From the IMG/VR virus record IMGVR_UViG_3300042559_001801: a stretch of DNA of 64,000 bases; one strand, 5' to 3'. Made by a program: the position numbers and the translations under genes. Under the pieces are notes generated by a model. The model was given only the letters and a program-made list of their open reading frames with translations, was not told where the DNA came from and did no database searches. Positions 7,679 to 16,861 of the stretch are shown one piece after another (positions within the stretch are counted from its first letter, which is position 1; every line of letters starts with the position of its first letter). This DNA comes from a virus (Duplodnaviria > Heunggongvirae > Uroviricota > Caudoviricetes).

Positions 7679-9470
7679 CGAACGCATAGCTGGCCAGCCA
7701 CGCCCATTCATAGCTCTTTCGAAGAGCTGCAAAATCCCCGTCAACTTCATTGTAGTATTCAACAGCATCCTCTGCACCCCAACGACTCCATTCTTCGTTG
7801 ACCTGTATTCGAGTCATGTTGTCAATGTTAATCCACTGTTTGATTCGATATTCATTTTCCACGTCAGGTAAACTGGCTTTGAGTTTTAGCACTTCGCGGA
7901 ATGCAGTGCGCCAGCACAACCAGGCTGAAGTATTGTAGTATGCTATTCCGCTCAAGATGGGCACTACTTCGTGTGGCGAATCCAATGTGAAGTCTAGTCC
8001 AACACCAGGGTTGTCTAGCACCAATTGCCGGTTGTAGGCAATCATGGCCTGGTGACCATACACCAATCCATTCACAGGATTCTTTGCGTGAAAGATATAG
8101 TGCTTGGCTTGTTGCATGCGATCTGGTTGCCACTCAAAGTCAAAGTCGATATCAACTGCCAGCTTGGCAAACACAGCAAAGAACCAGGGTGTGGTGCTGG
8201 CCTGAGCCGCTGCATGATATGCTGCTGCTCGTCCATTGATGTTGTCTACTCGTACTGTGCGATTTTTCTTGGGCAACAAACTCAATCGCTTCCAATTGAC
8301 TTCTGCGTTGGGCTCACCATTGCTGATAAACACAATATCCAACAGTTGATCTTTAAGCATGCGGTGCGTCTTGTCCACATAAGGATAATCGTATAGTTGT
8401 GTTTGAATATGGCCAACTGCTGCTCTGGGCACAATCACACTGGTTGCACCTGGACTCAGCGGCACAATTGTTTTGGTTTCTGAACGCCACAATGGAACTG
8501 TGACTAAATCGCCTGTTACATAGTCGGTGTTGGTAAATGTAGCAAGAGGACCAGACCAGCTGGAGTTTTTGACTGCGTCAACATGACTGTCGTTGTGATG
8601 TTCTATCACAGGCATGGGCCTACGCGGAACAGATGTTTCAATAAAGTTTAAAGCATACCAATCTAACAATTCAATTTGATCTACTCTGTGCTGGAATGTG
8701 GGAACATGCATGTAGAATGTGTCGCCAAACTTGTTGCTGCCGCTGGCAAATACATGCAGCATAGTGGCTTGCCATACTTCGGGATGCCACGAAAAATCAA
8801 AGTTTGAATAATCACACACACTGCTGCATATCCACACATGTTCGTGTTCTGGCGGAATGCTTTTGGCCAGTCGTCGTAGTGTATCCAAATAGTTGTCAAA
8901 ATATCTGACACTGCGTGTGGTGTTTGGTATACGGCCAGCATTGCCGTCCATATGATCAATTTCATATATCGCAGTTGCTACTTTACGAGTTTTGATTTTT
9001 ATCTGATCAACATACTTTGTATCAGTTGCAGCGGGCATGCAACATTGTGGACCACCGGTTCGTTGATGCTGTGTGCCAAACTGATATATGTACGGAGGTT
9101 CAGTGTCATCTGGATGCCATGTCCAATCAAATGTTGATACATCGGCTCCGTCAGGAACAGTCCATACGCCTTCAATTTTACCAATCCTAGGTACCAGTGT
9201 TTCTGTACGATAATGTGTTTCAGTATAGCCCTGTTTGGGCACTAAATATGTACCGCTGCTCTTTTGCCATTGGCTGGGCCAGGCATGACGCTGATGCGCT
9301 TGCCATGGCACAGGTTCCCAAAGAAAATCAAAGTCTGCATAGTCCGATAAGTAATTTACAAACCAAAAGAAACGAGTACGACTCTGCTGTTGTGCTTGCT
9401 CAATGGTATCTACTGCCTGCTCATGAGCGAACAAATTGGGTTTAGATCCAGAATAAAATACATCAAACAT
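7650..9470 (-). CDS. hypothetical protein with three internal repeats of a DFDFxWxPxxWQ module (606 aa)
   Basis: The repeats are FFWFVNYLSDYADFDFLWEPVPWQAHQRH, HVWICSSVCDYSNFDFSWHPEVWQATMLH and PWFFAVFAKLAVDIDFDFEWQPDRMQQAKH. The start ATG (complement of 9468-9470) overlaps the start of the divergent gene 9469. Confidence 0.6.
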   Translation of the reverse strand: MFDVFYSGSKPNLFAHEQAVDTIEQAQQQSRTRFFWFVNYLSDYADFDFLWEPVPWQAHQRHAWPSQWQKSSGTYLVPKQGYTETHYRTETLVPRIGKIEGVWTVPDGADVSTFDWTWHPDDTEPPYIYQFGTQHQRTGGPQCCMPAATDTKYVDQIKIKTRKVATAIYEIDHMDGNAGRIPNTTRSVRYFDNYLDTLRRLAKSIPPEHEHVWICSSVCDYSNFDFSWHPEVWQATMLHVFASGSNKFGDTFYMHVPTFQHRVDQIELLDWYALNFIETSVPRRPMPVIEHHNDSHVDAVKNSSWSGPLATFTNTDYVTGDLVTVPLWRSETKTIVPLSPGATSVIVPRAAVGHIQTQLYDYPYVDKTHRMLKDQLLDIVFISNGEPNAEVNWKRLSLLPKKNRTVRVDNINGRAAAYHAAAQASTTPWFFAVFAKLAVDIDFDFEWQPDRMQQAKHYIFHAKNPVNGLVYGHQAMIAYNRQLVLDNPGVGLDFTLDSPHEVVPILSGIAYYNTSAWLCWRTAFREVLKLKASLPDVENEYRIKQWINIDNMTRIQVNEEWSRWGAEDAVEYYNEVDGDFAALRKSYEWAWLASYAFVKRSLVPDL

Positions 9471-10602
9471 GATTAGAATAGACGAGATTTACAATAATAT
9501 TTTTTGGCCTTGGCTGCAAAAAAATAAGCCAGGTACAAGATTGTTTTTTTGTGATCCACCGGGCTCTACTAGCCCTGACTCTCTATTTAACTTAGGGAAC
9601 GATGACATTGTAGAAACCGACTATGTGTGGATGCACGACCAAGAACCTTGTTGGGTAGATGACTATTCGTCATTATTTGACGAGATAAAAATACGCAATG
9701 AGGACATAGGCGGACATTGGAATGAAGACGGTACAAAATGGATTGAAATTTTTCCAAATCCTAGCGGGCATGTTGTTGTTAGCGAACAAGGCGAATATGT
9801 CGAACAACTGTGTAAAAAGTACGGCTGGAAAAGTCATTATTATTTTTATCATGGCTGGGCTTGTCAGGACTGGTTTCGTGGCTACGATAAATCATTTCTA
9901 ATTCCCAGAGCAAGAGACCGCGCACCTACAAAAACTTTCATGAGTCCCAATCGAATTGTGGGCGGACGTCGTGATCATCGTGTGTTGTTTTTGTATAACA
10001 TATTTAAACAGCAGTTGGAGCATAATCATATCAGTGCGCCACGAGTTTGTCAATTTGAAAATGTTGACATAAGTCAAGTGGCCCGTAAGTATTGTAACAC
10101 ATACCCAGACATTTTGCAAGTGTTTGAACAGGCTACATTGCCCAGACTATTTGCAGGTGAAGAATCGCAACAGATGACCAGCTGTTGGCTCACAAACTTT
10201 AGTGAAGCACAAGACAGTTTGGTGTATGTGCCAACTGAAACAGTTTATTTTGGCCGTAGAACACACATAACAGAAAAAACATTCAAAGCCATTGCTTTAG
10301 AAATGCCGTTTGTGTTGGTTGCGCCAGCGCACAGTTTAGAGTACATGCGCAGTTACGGATTTAAAACATTTGATGGTATTTTTGATGAAAGCTATGATCT
10401 TGAGACTGACGATATACTACGAGTGGAAAAAGTCACCCAGGTGTTAAAAGATCTAGACAATCTTAGTGATCAAGAACGACAACAAATACATCGTGCATGC
10501 ATACCCATAGTGGAACACAATTTTAGACATTTTTATCGTGGTGGCCTATCACATGTGTTGTGGGCAGAATTAACCGGAATGCTGGATGGGCTACTCAAAT
10601 AA
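9469..10602 (+). CDS. GT10-like (alpha-1,3-fucosyltransferase-motif) glycosyltransferase, paralog 1
   Basis: The C-terminal region ITEKTFKAIALEMPFVLVAPAHSL...GFKTFDGIFDESYD matches the GT10 fucosyltransferase motif pattern (xTEKxxxAL..G.VPVVxG...SFIxxxDFxS). The same region is shared with 10586-11779 and 21987-23093. Confidence 0.55.
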   Translation: MIRIDEIYNNIFWPWLQKNKPGTRLFFCDPPGSTSPDSLFNLGNDDIVETDYVWMHDQEPCWVDDYSSLFDEIKIRNEDIGGHWNEDGTKWIEIFPNPSGHVVVSEQGEYVEQLCKKYGWKSHYYFYHGWACQDWFRGYDKSFLIPRARDRAPTKTFMSPNRIVGGRRDHRVLFLYNIFKQQLEHNHISAPRVCQFENVDISQVARKYCNTYPDILQVFEQATLPRLFAGEESQQMTSCWLTNFSEAQDSLVYVPTETVYFGRRTHITEKTFKAIALEMPFVLVAPAHSLEYMRSYGFKTFDGIFDESYDLETDDILRVEKVTQVLKDLDNLSDQERQQIHRACIPIVEHNFRHFYRGGLSHVLWAELTGMLDGLLK

Positions 10603-11779
10603 CTTTGTAGCCAACTGTATTGTCAAAGGCAAAGCATATCCAGAATTGGCACAGTGGTCTGCTGATCCTTACACTCCTGCTTGGAGACAATTTGTTCAGC
10701 ACTGGCCCAATACAGTGCCTGTTGAACTGTATGAACATTTTAATACACATGGCATTGACTATAACTTGTGCGATATTAACAAAGCAGATGGCGCTGCGGT
10801 ACCATACTACGCTATAGGCATAGGATTTTTTAACTTTGATGTTGATTACTTTGAATTAATGTCGTCTACAACTCGTCAGCAATTGCAGCAAGAACAATTG
10901 ACTGTGTTGTTCTACTATCACGAAGGCGATAATCCGTATCATATCAACCAGCGGCTAGATGAACTGTGTCAACGTCATTTGTTACCGCCAAATTGTTACC
11001 GGTTCGTCAGTGGCAACACAGCGGCCGACAATATCAAAAACTTTGTGTACTTTCCAGATCACGAACTGTTATACTGGCATCGCAATCAGCAAATTGCTCC
11101 AACCCCCATACACTACCATCATCGAACACACAATTTTACTGTGCTCAGCAGAACACACAAGTGGTGGCGAGCCACTGTGATGACTGACCTACATCGTGCA
11201 GGACTATTAGAAAACAGCTACTGGAGTTACGGAACTGAGATAGCATTGGATGAGTCCGAAACAGACAATCCCATTGAAGTAGATACATTGGGCATTCGTT
11301 CTGACATTGCAGAATTTTTATCCAATGGTCCATACACTTGTGATGCAAAAACTGCATCACAACATAACGATCATCACTTGATTGAAACTGACCACTACAC
11401 AGAAAGTTACTGCAACATTGTGCTGGAAACACATTTTGATGCTGACGGATCTGGTGGCGCATTTCTTACTGAAAAAACATTCAAAGCAATCAAACACGGT
11501 CAACCTTTTGTTGTTGTTGGCTGCCCGGGAAGTTTGGCAGCACTGAGAAAATTGGGTTACAGGACATTTGACCATGCTATCGACAACAGTTATGATGCCA
11601 TAACAGACAACACTCAACGCTGGACAGCAATCAAAGCAGCAATAACCAAATTAAAGTCGCAAGACTTGCATGCCTGGTTTGAATCTTGTAGAAGTGATAT
11701 TGAACACAACCAACAGTTATTTTGCAGCACAAAAGTGGACAGATTAAATACCCTATTAGAAAGATTATGTAATGATTAA
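10586..11779 (+). CDS. GT10-like glycosyltransferase, paralog 2
   Basis: It carries LTEKTFKAIKHGQPFVVVGCPGSLAALRKLGYRTFDHAIDNSYD. The gene overlaps the previous one by 17 nt and its stop TAA overlaps the next ATG (ATGATTAA). Confidence 0.55.
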   Translation: MGYSNNFVANCIVKGKAYPELAQWSADPYTPAWRQFVQHWPNTVPVELYEHFNTHGIDYNLCDINKADGAAVPYYAIGIGFFNFDVDYFELMSSTTRQQLQQEQLTVLFYYHEGDNPYHINQRLDELCQRHLLPPNCYRFVSGNTAADNIKNFVYFPDHELLYWHRNQQIAPTPIHYHHRTHNFTVLSRTHKWWRATVMTDLHRAGLLENSYWSYGTEIALDESETDNPIEVDTLGIRSDIAEFLSNGPYTCDAKTASQHNDHHLIETDHYTESYCNIVLETHFDADGSGGAFLTEKTFKAIKHGQPFVVVGCPGSLAALRKLGYRTFDHAIDNSYDAITDNTQRWTAIKAAITKLKSQDLHAWFESCRSDIEHNQQLFCSTKVDRLNTLLERLCND

Positions 11780-12791
11780 CTCATATACCAGCTGGCAACC
11801 TTTAGAAGAAGTTATTGTGGGTCGTGCCTACAGCCCAGAATACTTTGATTTTATTGACAATGCTCAAGTGCGAAATCAACTGCAACAAATTCTAAGTGAG
11901 ACTGAAGAAGATTTAACCAACTTACAAAAGACCATTGAAACATTTGGCGCTCGTGTCAGACGACCAAATCTTCCAGACATACATCAATTTCAGCAACAAC
12001 AATCCAGTGGCGGCGGCGCACCATTGCCGCCACTGACACCTAGAGACTGGCAAATCAGTCTTGGTCAAAAGCTATTGCGTGTGTTACCAATGACAGAACT
12101 AGACGAAATCTGTGCAGAGTATACTGATCAAGTGGTTAACCCGCATGGAAAAACATGGGATCCAGATTGTATATTGAATGGTGCCAGTGCCAGTTGTATT
12201 GTGCGTGTGGGGCAGGATGTGTTCTTTGACAACAGCGATTATTTGAAGCCTGAACAAACCAGATGGATTGTTGACAATTGTCTTGGTCCCGAGTATCGCA
12301 TACACGAAGCCATCACAGACGGACACGGTGATGCAGTATTTGCTATTCTCAAACCTGGTGTAATTTTATCCAGTAAACATGACGCACAGTTGCATCTTGC
12401 CACAGACTTTCCCGGATGGGAAGTGTTAAAAATTTGGGATAGCAGCATTTGGGCTGCAATGGAAGTGGGCAAGTTCAAATACGAACAAAGCCCGGGGGCA
12501 TGGTATGTGCAGGGACAAACACCCACAGCAGAATTTACAGACTTTGTAAACACCTACTTGAACAAGTGGACTGGATTTGTTGCCGAAACAGTGTTTGATG
12601 TCAACTGTTTAGTGTTGGATGAACAGAATGTTATCTTCAGTGCCTACAACAGAGATGTGTTTGATTTTTGTAAAAAACACAAGATCAATCCCATCATTAG
12701 CGAACTACGACACAGTTATTTCTGGGACGGCGGCATTTCATGTTGCACACAAGATTTAACACGAAAAGGTGGATTAGAAAGTTATCTATAA
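11772..12791 (+). CDS. amidinotransferase-superfamily protein (scyllo-inosamine/glycine amidinotransferase-like)
   Basis: The C-terminal FWDGGISCCTQDL matches the GGxxHCxTxD-type catalytic-Cys region of amidinotransferases (ADI/AGAT/StrB1). Length is 339 aa. Confidence 0.5.
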   Translation: MINSYTSWQPLEEVIVGRAYSPEYFDFIDNAQVRNQLQQILSETEEDLTNLQKTIETFGARVRRPNLPDIHQFQQQQSSGGGAPLPPLTPRDWQISLGQKLLRVLPMTELDEICAEYTDQVVNPHGKTWDPDCILNGASASCIVRVGQDVFFDNSDYLKPEQTRWIVDNCLGPEYRIHEAITDGHGDAVFAILKPGVILSSKHDAQLHLATDFPGWEVLKIWDSSIWAAMEVGKFKYEQSPGAWYVQGQTPTAEFTDFVNTYLNKWTGFVAETVFDVNCLVLDEQNVIFSAYNRDVFDFCKKHKINPIISELRHSYFWDGGISCCTQDLTRKGGLESYL

Positions 12792-12803
12792 CTGTGTCAA
12801 CAA

Positions 12804-13592
12804 TCACTGCACCACTGGCAATTCTGTTGTGTCACTGATATGATTGTACATTAGATCTTTTACTGTATCTAATCTCTTTGATTTGTTTTCTGAACCCAAA
12901 ACTATCACTGCAAATATCTGCTTGTTTCTTTCTACTAGCAAGGCCACGCACCAGCCGGCTGGATTGGTAAAGCCTGTTTTACTGACCTGTATGTTGTCAA
13001 AATCAAACAACAATGGCTGATTGGTATTGGGTAAAGAGATTACTCGAATGCGTTTTTTAAAATGCGATTCAATTTGAATCTGTCGTTGCACACTGATTTC
13101 TCGAACTAGCACATATGTGCCAGCAGCCGTTACCAAAGTACCCATGTCTCCTGCGGTACCCAAATTGTTTCGACTTAGGCCCGACGGATCTTGAAAGCTG
13201 GTGCTGGTCATGCCCAATGCTGCTGCACGACGATTCATAGCACGAATAAATGCTGTTCGTCCACCAGGATAGTCTTGTGCCAATGTTTCTGCTGCTGCAT
13301 TGTCGCTGCGAACCAGCATGGCATCAAACAACTGGCGGCGTGTGTATAGACCAGCTGGTAAATTGCTGCCTACACGATTGCTAAGTTTTACACTGCGACT
13401 CAGCACAGGATCGTGGTCCAGGGCCACTATTGCTGTCATCAGTTTGGTAATAGATGCAATGGGCCTAACACGGTTGGCCTGTTGATTTAGCACAATGGTG
13501 TCTTGAGTTTGATTGTAGACCCAGACACTGGTGGCAGCATTTGCCCAGCCAGTGGCCGCAAGTACTAATGCTGTTATAAACGGTAGTTTCAT
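12804..13592 (-). CDS. secreted D-alanyl-D-alanine endopeptidase/carboxypeptidase (peptidase S11, PBP7/PbpG-like)
   Basis: The signal peptide is MKLPFITALVLAATGWANA. Active-site motifs SxxK (ASITKLMTAIVALD), SxN (RSDNAAAE) and KTG (SKTGFT) are in canonical order. An AAGG RBS precedes the start. Confidence 0.8.
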   Translation of the reverse strand: MKLPFITALVLAATGWANAATSVWVYNQTQDTIVLNQQANRVRPIASITKLMTAIVALDHDPVLSRSVKLSNRVGSNLPAGLYTRRQLFDAMLVRSDNAAAETLAQDYPGGRTAFIRAMNRRAAALGMTSTSFQDPSGLSRNNLGTAGDMGTLVTAAGTYVLVREISVQRQIQIESHFKKRIRVISLPNTNQPLLFDFDNIQVSKTGFTNPAGWCVALLVERNKQIFAVIVLGSENKSKRLDTVKDLMYNHISDTTELPVVQ

Positions 13593-13600
13593 ACCTTATT

Positions 13601-14149
13601 TTAAGAAAACCGCCAGTAACTTGAAACTCTAATGGTGCCCTCTGGCACTGGATTAAACATGGCATGCCACAGCAGCGGCTGACTGCCGTCAGCAGCCAAG
13701 TGATTAAGCATGATATAGCCCGAATTGGGCCGGCTTAGAAATTGATACAGTAGGTTCTCTGGGTGTTTGTAACGATAAAATCCAGTGCCATATGCCTCGC
13801 TGGGCACTGTCCAGTACAACTGCATGCTGTTAGGTACATGTCCGTCGGTGTGCATTGCAACATCAAATCCAGGAACATCTATCCAGAAGTGGCCACCCAT
13901 TGATTTAAACTCTGTGCCCAGTGCAGTATTAATTTCAGGCAAGCAATGATTGATGTATCTGCTGTAACGCTGAGCAGTGACGTCGTCCCAATTGACTTGC
14001 CGACGAGGCCAAGACTCTTGTCCGCTGCTTAAACTGGTGGACACGGCGGACCAGTCTGTGCTGACTATTTCATCTGCTTGTTCTTGGGGCAGCAAGTCGT
14101 CGACTTGCCAAAGTCTGGCACGATCATCAACTTGTGTAAATTTGGCCAT
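13601..14149 (-). CDS. hypothetical protein (182 aa); possible HxD...H metal-binding (cupin/dioxygenase-like) protein
   Basis: HTDGH lies about 55 aa before MLNHLAADG. The start ATG overlaps the carbamoyltransferase stop (TAATG). Confidence 0.45.
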   Translation of the reverse strand: MAKFTQVDDRARLWQVDDLLPQEQADEIVSTDWSAVSTSLSSGQESWPRRQVNWDDVTAQRYSRYINHCLPEINTALGTEFKSMGGHFWIDVPGFDVAMHTDGHVPNSMQLYWTVPSEAYGTGFYRYKHPENLLYQFLSRPNSGYIMLNHLAADGSQPLLWHAMFNPVPEGTIRVSSYWRFS

Positions 14150-15663
14150 TATGAATGGACCTTTACTCCGTACAATTGTTCAAATCGATCAGCGTCGGCA
14201 CGATCATTAACAACAGGCTCTCCGCGTATGTTAAGACTGGTGTTCAGCAGCATGGGACAGCCGGTCATTACAAACCACTTTTCCAAGAGTTCTCTAATGC
14301 CTGAACCATCCGCAGGAACTGTCTGCACTCTACTAGTGCCGTCATGATGCACAATAGCAGGAAAAAGCTCAGGATACCAGCAGTTGGCGACTGCTTGCAT
14401 ATACCTACTATGGCTGAAACCCCTAGGCATATCAAAATACTGATCAGCGTATTCTTCAAGGATAACTGGTGCAAATGGTCTGAATTTTTGTCTGCGTTTG
14501 ATCTCATTTACTCGATCCTTTATTTCCGGGCCGCGAGGGTCTGCTAGTAAACTCCTATTGCCTAACGCACGTGGGCCGAACTCGGCGCGTCCCGACGCCA
14601 CGCCCACAATACCATGCTGCAATAGATGATCCAGCAGCTGATTAACAGGATATTTACCACCAATGCTATCGCCCAAATAAGCGTCAGTCCAATCAATGCG
14701 ACCACCGTAAGCCAACGCTGCGGCGCCAAGACTGCTGCCACCATCGCCTGGGCAGGGCATGATCCAAATATTGTCAAAATAATTTCCAATCCGTTGGTTG
14801 GCACTACAGTTAAGGGCAACACCACCCATGTACACTAGATTGTTGCTCCAGTTGAATTGTTTTGCACGAAACATTACATTCAAAATAAGGTCTTCTGCTA
14901 GAGCCTGTGCCCCGGCAGCAATATCAAACTCTGAATAATCATTTAGATATTCAGCTGCCAGACCTGTGTGCAGATTATCTTTGAAACGAATTTCATATTC
15001 ATTGTCGACGAGATCGTAGCGCATTCGATTGCTGATATTGTTTTGTCCATATGCAGCCATGCCCATCAGGATGTATTCTTCGTCCAAGGGTCGTAGACCC
15101 ACACGAGCTGTGACTGCGCTGTAAAACAAACCTATGCTGTGCGGATACCCGCGGGACCAAAGTTTTTGATAAGTTGCTCGACCCGAAGAATTGTATTCAG
15201 CACCCCAGATGGTTATAGTATCTAGTTCTCCAACAGCATCTATCACAACCACCGTGGCTCGATCATAGGGGCTGGTCTGGAATCCGGCGGCGGCGTGGGC
15301 AATATGGTGTCCTGTGTAACTGTGTCTAGCATGTAATAAAGCACTGAGATGTGGGCCAGCAGATAGATGTTTACGGAGATACTGCCCAAGAGTAAAAGAA
15401 TTAAGATCCAATGCTTCATGATATTGTCCGGAATAAAGTTGTTGTATTTTTTTGACCCATGGACGTTCGTAATAAGCAACCTGGTCCGGTGTGCCGTGAC
15501 GCAAGGCTGCTGCCACTAGTTCATCATTTAGGTGTGCGTCATTCTTGATCTTGCTATAGCGTTCTGCATGTCCAGCAAACAGCACAGATCCGCCGGAGTC
15601 AATCATGCTGACAGCAGCATCGTGGTAACCGGCGCTGATTCCCAAATACTTTTTTAATTTCAT
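14149..15663 (-). CDS. NodU/CmcH/TobZ-family O-carbamoyltransferase
   Basis: The N-terminus LGISAGYHDAAVSMIDSGG, HHIAHAAAGF and a C-terminal Carbam_trans_C-like region (FRPFAPVILEE...) are present. Length is 504 aa. Confidence 0.85.
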   Translation of the reverse strand: MKLKKYLGISAGYHDAAVSMIDSGGSVLFAGHAERYSKIKNDAHLNDELVAAALRHGTPDQVAYYERPWVKKIQQLYSGQYHEALDLNSFTLGQYLRKHLSAGPHLSALLHARHSYTGHHIAHAAAGFQTSPYDRATVVVIDAVGELDTITIWGAEYNSSGRATYQKLWSRGYPHSIGLFYSAVTARVGLRPLDEEYILMGMAAYGQNNISNRMRYDLVDNEYEIRFKDNLHTGLAAEYLNDYSEFDIAAGAQALAEDLILNVMFRAKQFNWSNNLVYMGGVALNCSANQRIGNYFDNIWIMPCPGDGGSSLGAAALAYGGRIDWTDAYLGDSIGGKYPVNQLLDHLLQHGIVGVASGRAEFGPRALGNRSLLADPRGPEIKDRVNEIKRRQKFRPFAPVILEEYADQYFDMPRGFSHSRYMQAVANCWYPELFPAIVHHDGTSRVQTVPADGSGIRELLEKWFVMTGCPMLLNTSLNIRGEPVVNDRADADRFEQLYGVKVHS

Positions 15664-15761
15664 TTGTAGATAAACGGATCTCGTTTACGAAGTTCTTTGA
15701 GTTTTTTACGATAACGTATTTCTAAGCGAATACGGCTAATTAAATTTTTAATCCAGTTCAT
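15660..15761 (-). CDS. micro-ORF, 33-aa highly basic peptide
   Basis: The product MNWIKNLISRIRLEIRYRKKLKELRKRDPFIYK fills the 94-nt gap. Both ends are ATGA-coupled (15758-15761 and 15660-15663). It is below the track cutoff. Confidence 0.3.
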   Translation of the reverse strand: MNWIKNLISRIRLEIRYRKKLKELRKRDPFIYK

Positions 15762-16861
15762 GGAGTTTTCCTTGATGAATAGTCATAGCCCGGGCGCATC
15801 ATATCAATTTGTTTTTGCTTGTAATCAGCGTCGGTCCAACAGTAATCAAATGTACTGACGACACCGTCTATTTCTATCTTGTATATATCCAAATGCGAAC
15901 TCAGTATATCCCAAATAGCCTGATAATCAGTTGTGCCGAAACTTTGCTGTAACTGCACTTGTCCAATGGGCAGGTATCCTAAACTCAATGCTGAATCTTC
16001 GGGGTCGCGTCCATTGGCCTGCAACCACCGTTTAAATTCGTCTTGTTGATTGTTGTGCCACGGTTGATTGCCATTGTATACCACATCGTTGCCCCATTCT
16101 ATGTCAAACTCTCCGCTGTAGTATTTTAATTCTGTAATAGCTTCGCATACTGTTGCAGTAAGTTCCGGAGCATGTTCGTCACGAAACACTTCGAATAGTG
16201 TTTTGCCTATCTGTGCCCAGTGCATATAAACACCGCCCAACACACGGTCGTATCCGTTTGTTACAAAGCCCGATCTATGTGCAGGTTTTAGATTGTAACG
16301 AGCTGCTGCTAAGAATGTAGTAATTTGACTGGGGCGCAGCCAATAAGGCGTAGTGTTTGCTTTGCGCTGACTGAGAATCAGTGACTCCATTTCGTGACAG
16401 ATATTGTTCAACTGTCTTATGGCATACTTGGTATCATAGTCGGCCCGTTGATAATAGTTGCTTAAATTGTTTACGGTACCTTGCAGCACTTCAAAGTGGT
16501 TGTGAAGCCTGTTCAACATGTCGTGGTTGACATGTTGTACAATTTTGTCAGGATTTTGTGACCATGGACCTGCTGTTGTAACCGTAGCAGGCGAGTATGT
16601 TTCTTTAATTTTGTAGTCATCAAAGAAGTTGTTTACTACACTGGCCGCTTGGTTGACTTCGTTGCACAGGTAATCAAGTGTGCGAGCTGTTTTGGAAAAT
16701 CCCATAAAACAAAAGTTTTTTTCCAACAGGTTGCCAGACTGTAGCAGTGTTTTGAGAGCAGGTATCCAATCTTGTGCCAATTCATTGTCTGCGGGCAGTA
16801 TGGTATAGTCAACCTGATCGCTATGTTTCAACGGATTGCGTAGTACAATTTTAACAGTCAA
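15758..16861 (-). CDS. hypothetical protein (367 aa)
   Basis: Track ORF. The apparent start is TTG (complement of 16859-16861) with a GGTGGA RBS 7 nt upstream. No ATG occurs before residue 53. Confidence 0.5.
   Translation of the reverse strand: MTVKIVLRNPLKHSDQVDYTILPADNELAQDWIPALKTLLQSGNLLEKNFCFMGFSKTARTLDYLCNEVNQAASVVNNFFDDYKIKETYSPATVTTAGPWSQNPDKIVQHVNHDMLNRLHNHFEVLQGTVNNLSNYYQRADYDTKYAIRQLNNICHEMESLILSQRKANTTPYWLRPSQITTFLAAARYNLKPAHRSGFVTNGYDRVLGGVYMHWAQIGKTLFEVFRDEHAPELTATVCEAITELKYYSGEFDIEWGNDVVYNGNQPWHNNQQDEFKRWLQANGRDPEDSALSLGYLPIGQVQLQQSFGTTDYQAIWDILSSHLDIYKIEIDGVVSTFDYCWTDADYKQKQIDMMRPGYDYSSRKTP

Noticed and set aside
12780-12810. Possible terminator between convergent genes 11772-12791 and 12804-13592
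   Set aside because: Only 12 nt separate the stops, and the nearby inverted repeat is imperfect (TTGTTGACACA versus TTGTTGTGTCA). There is no convincing hairpin or T-tract.
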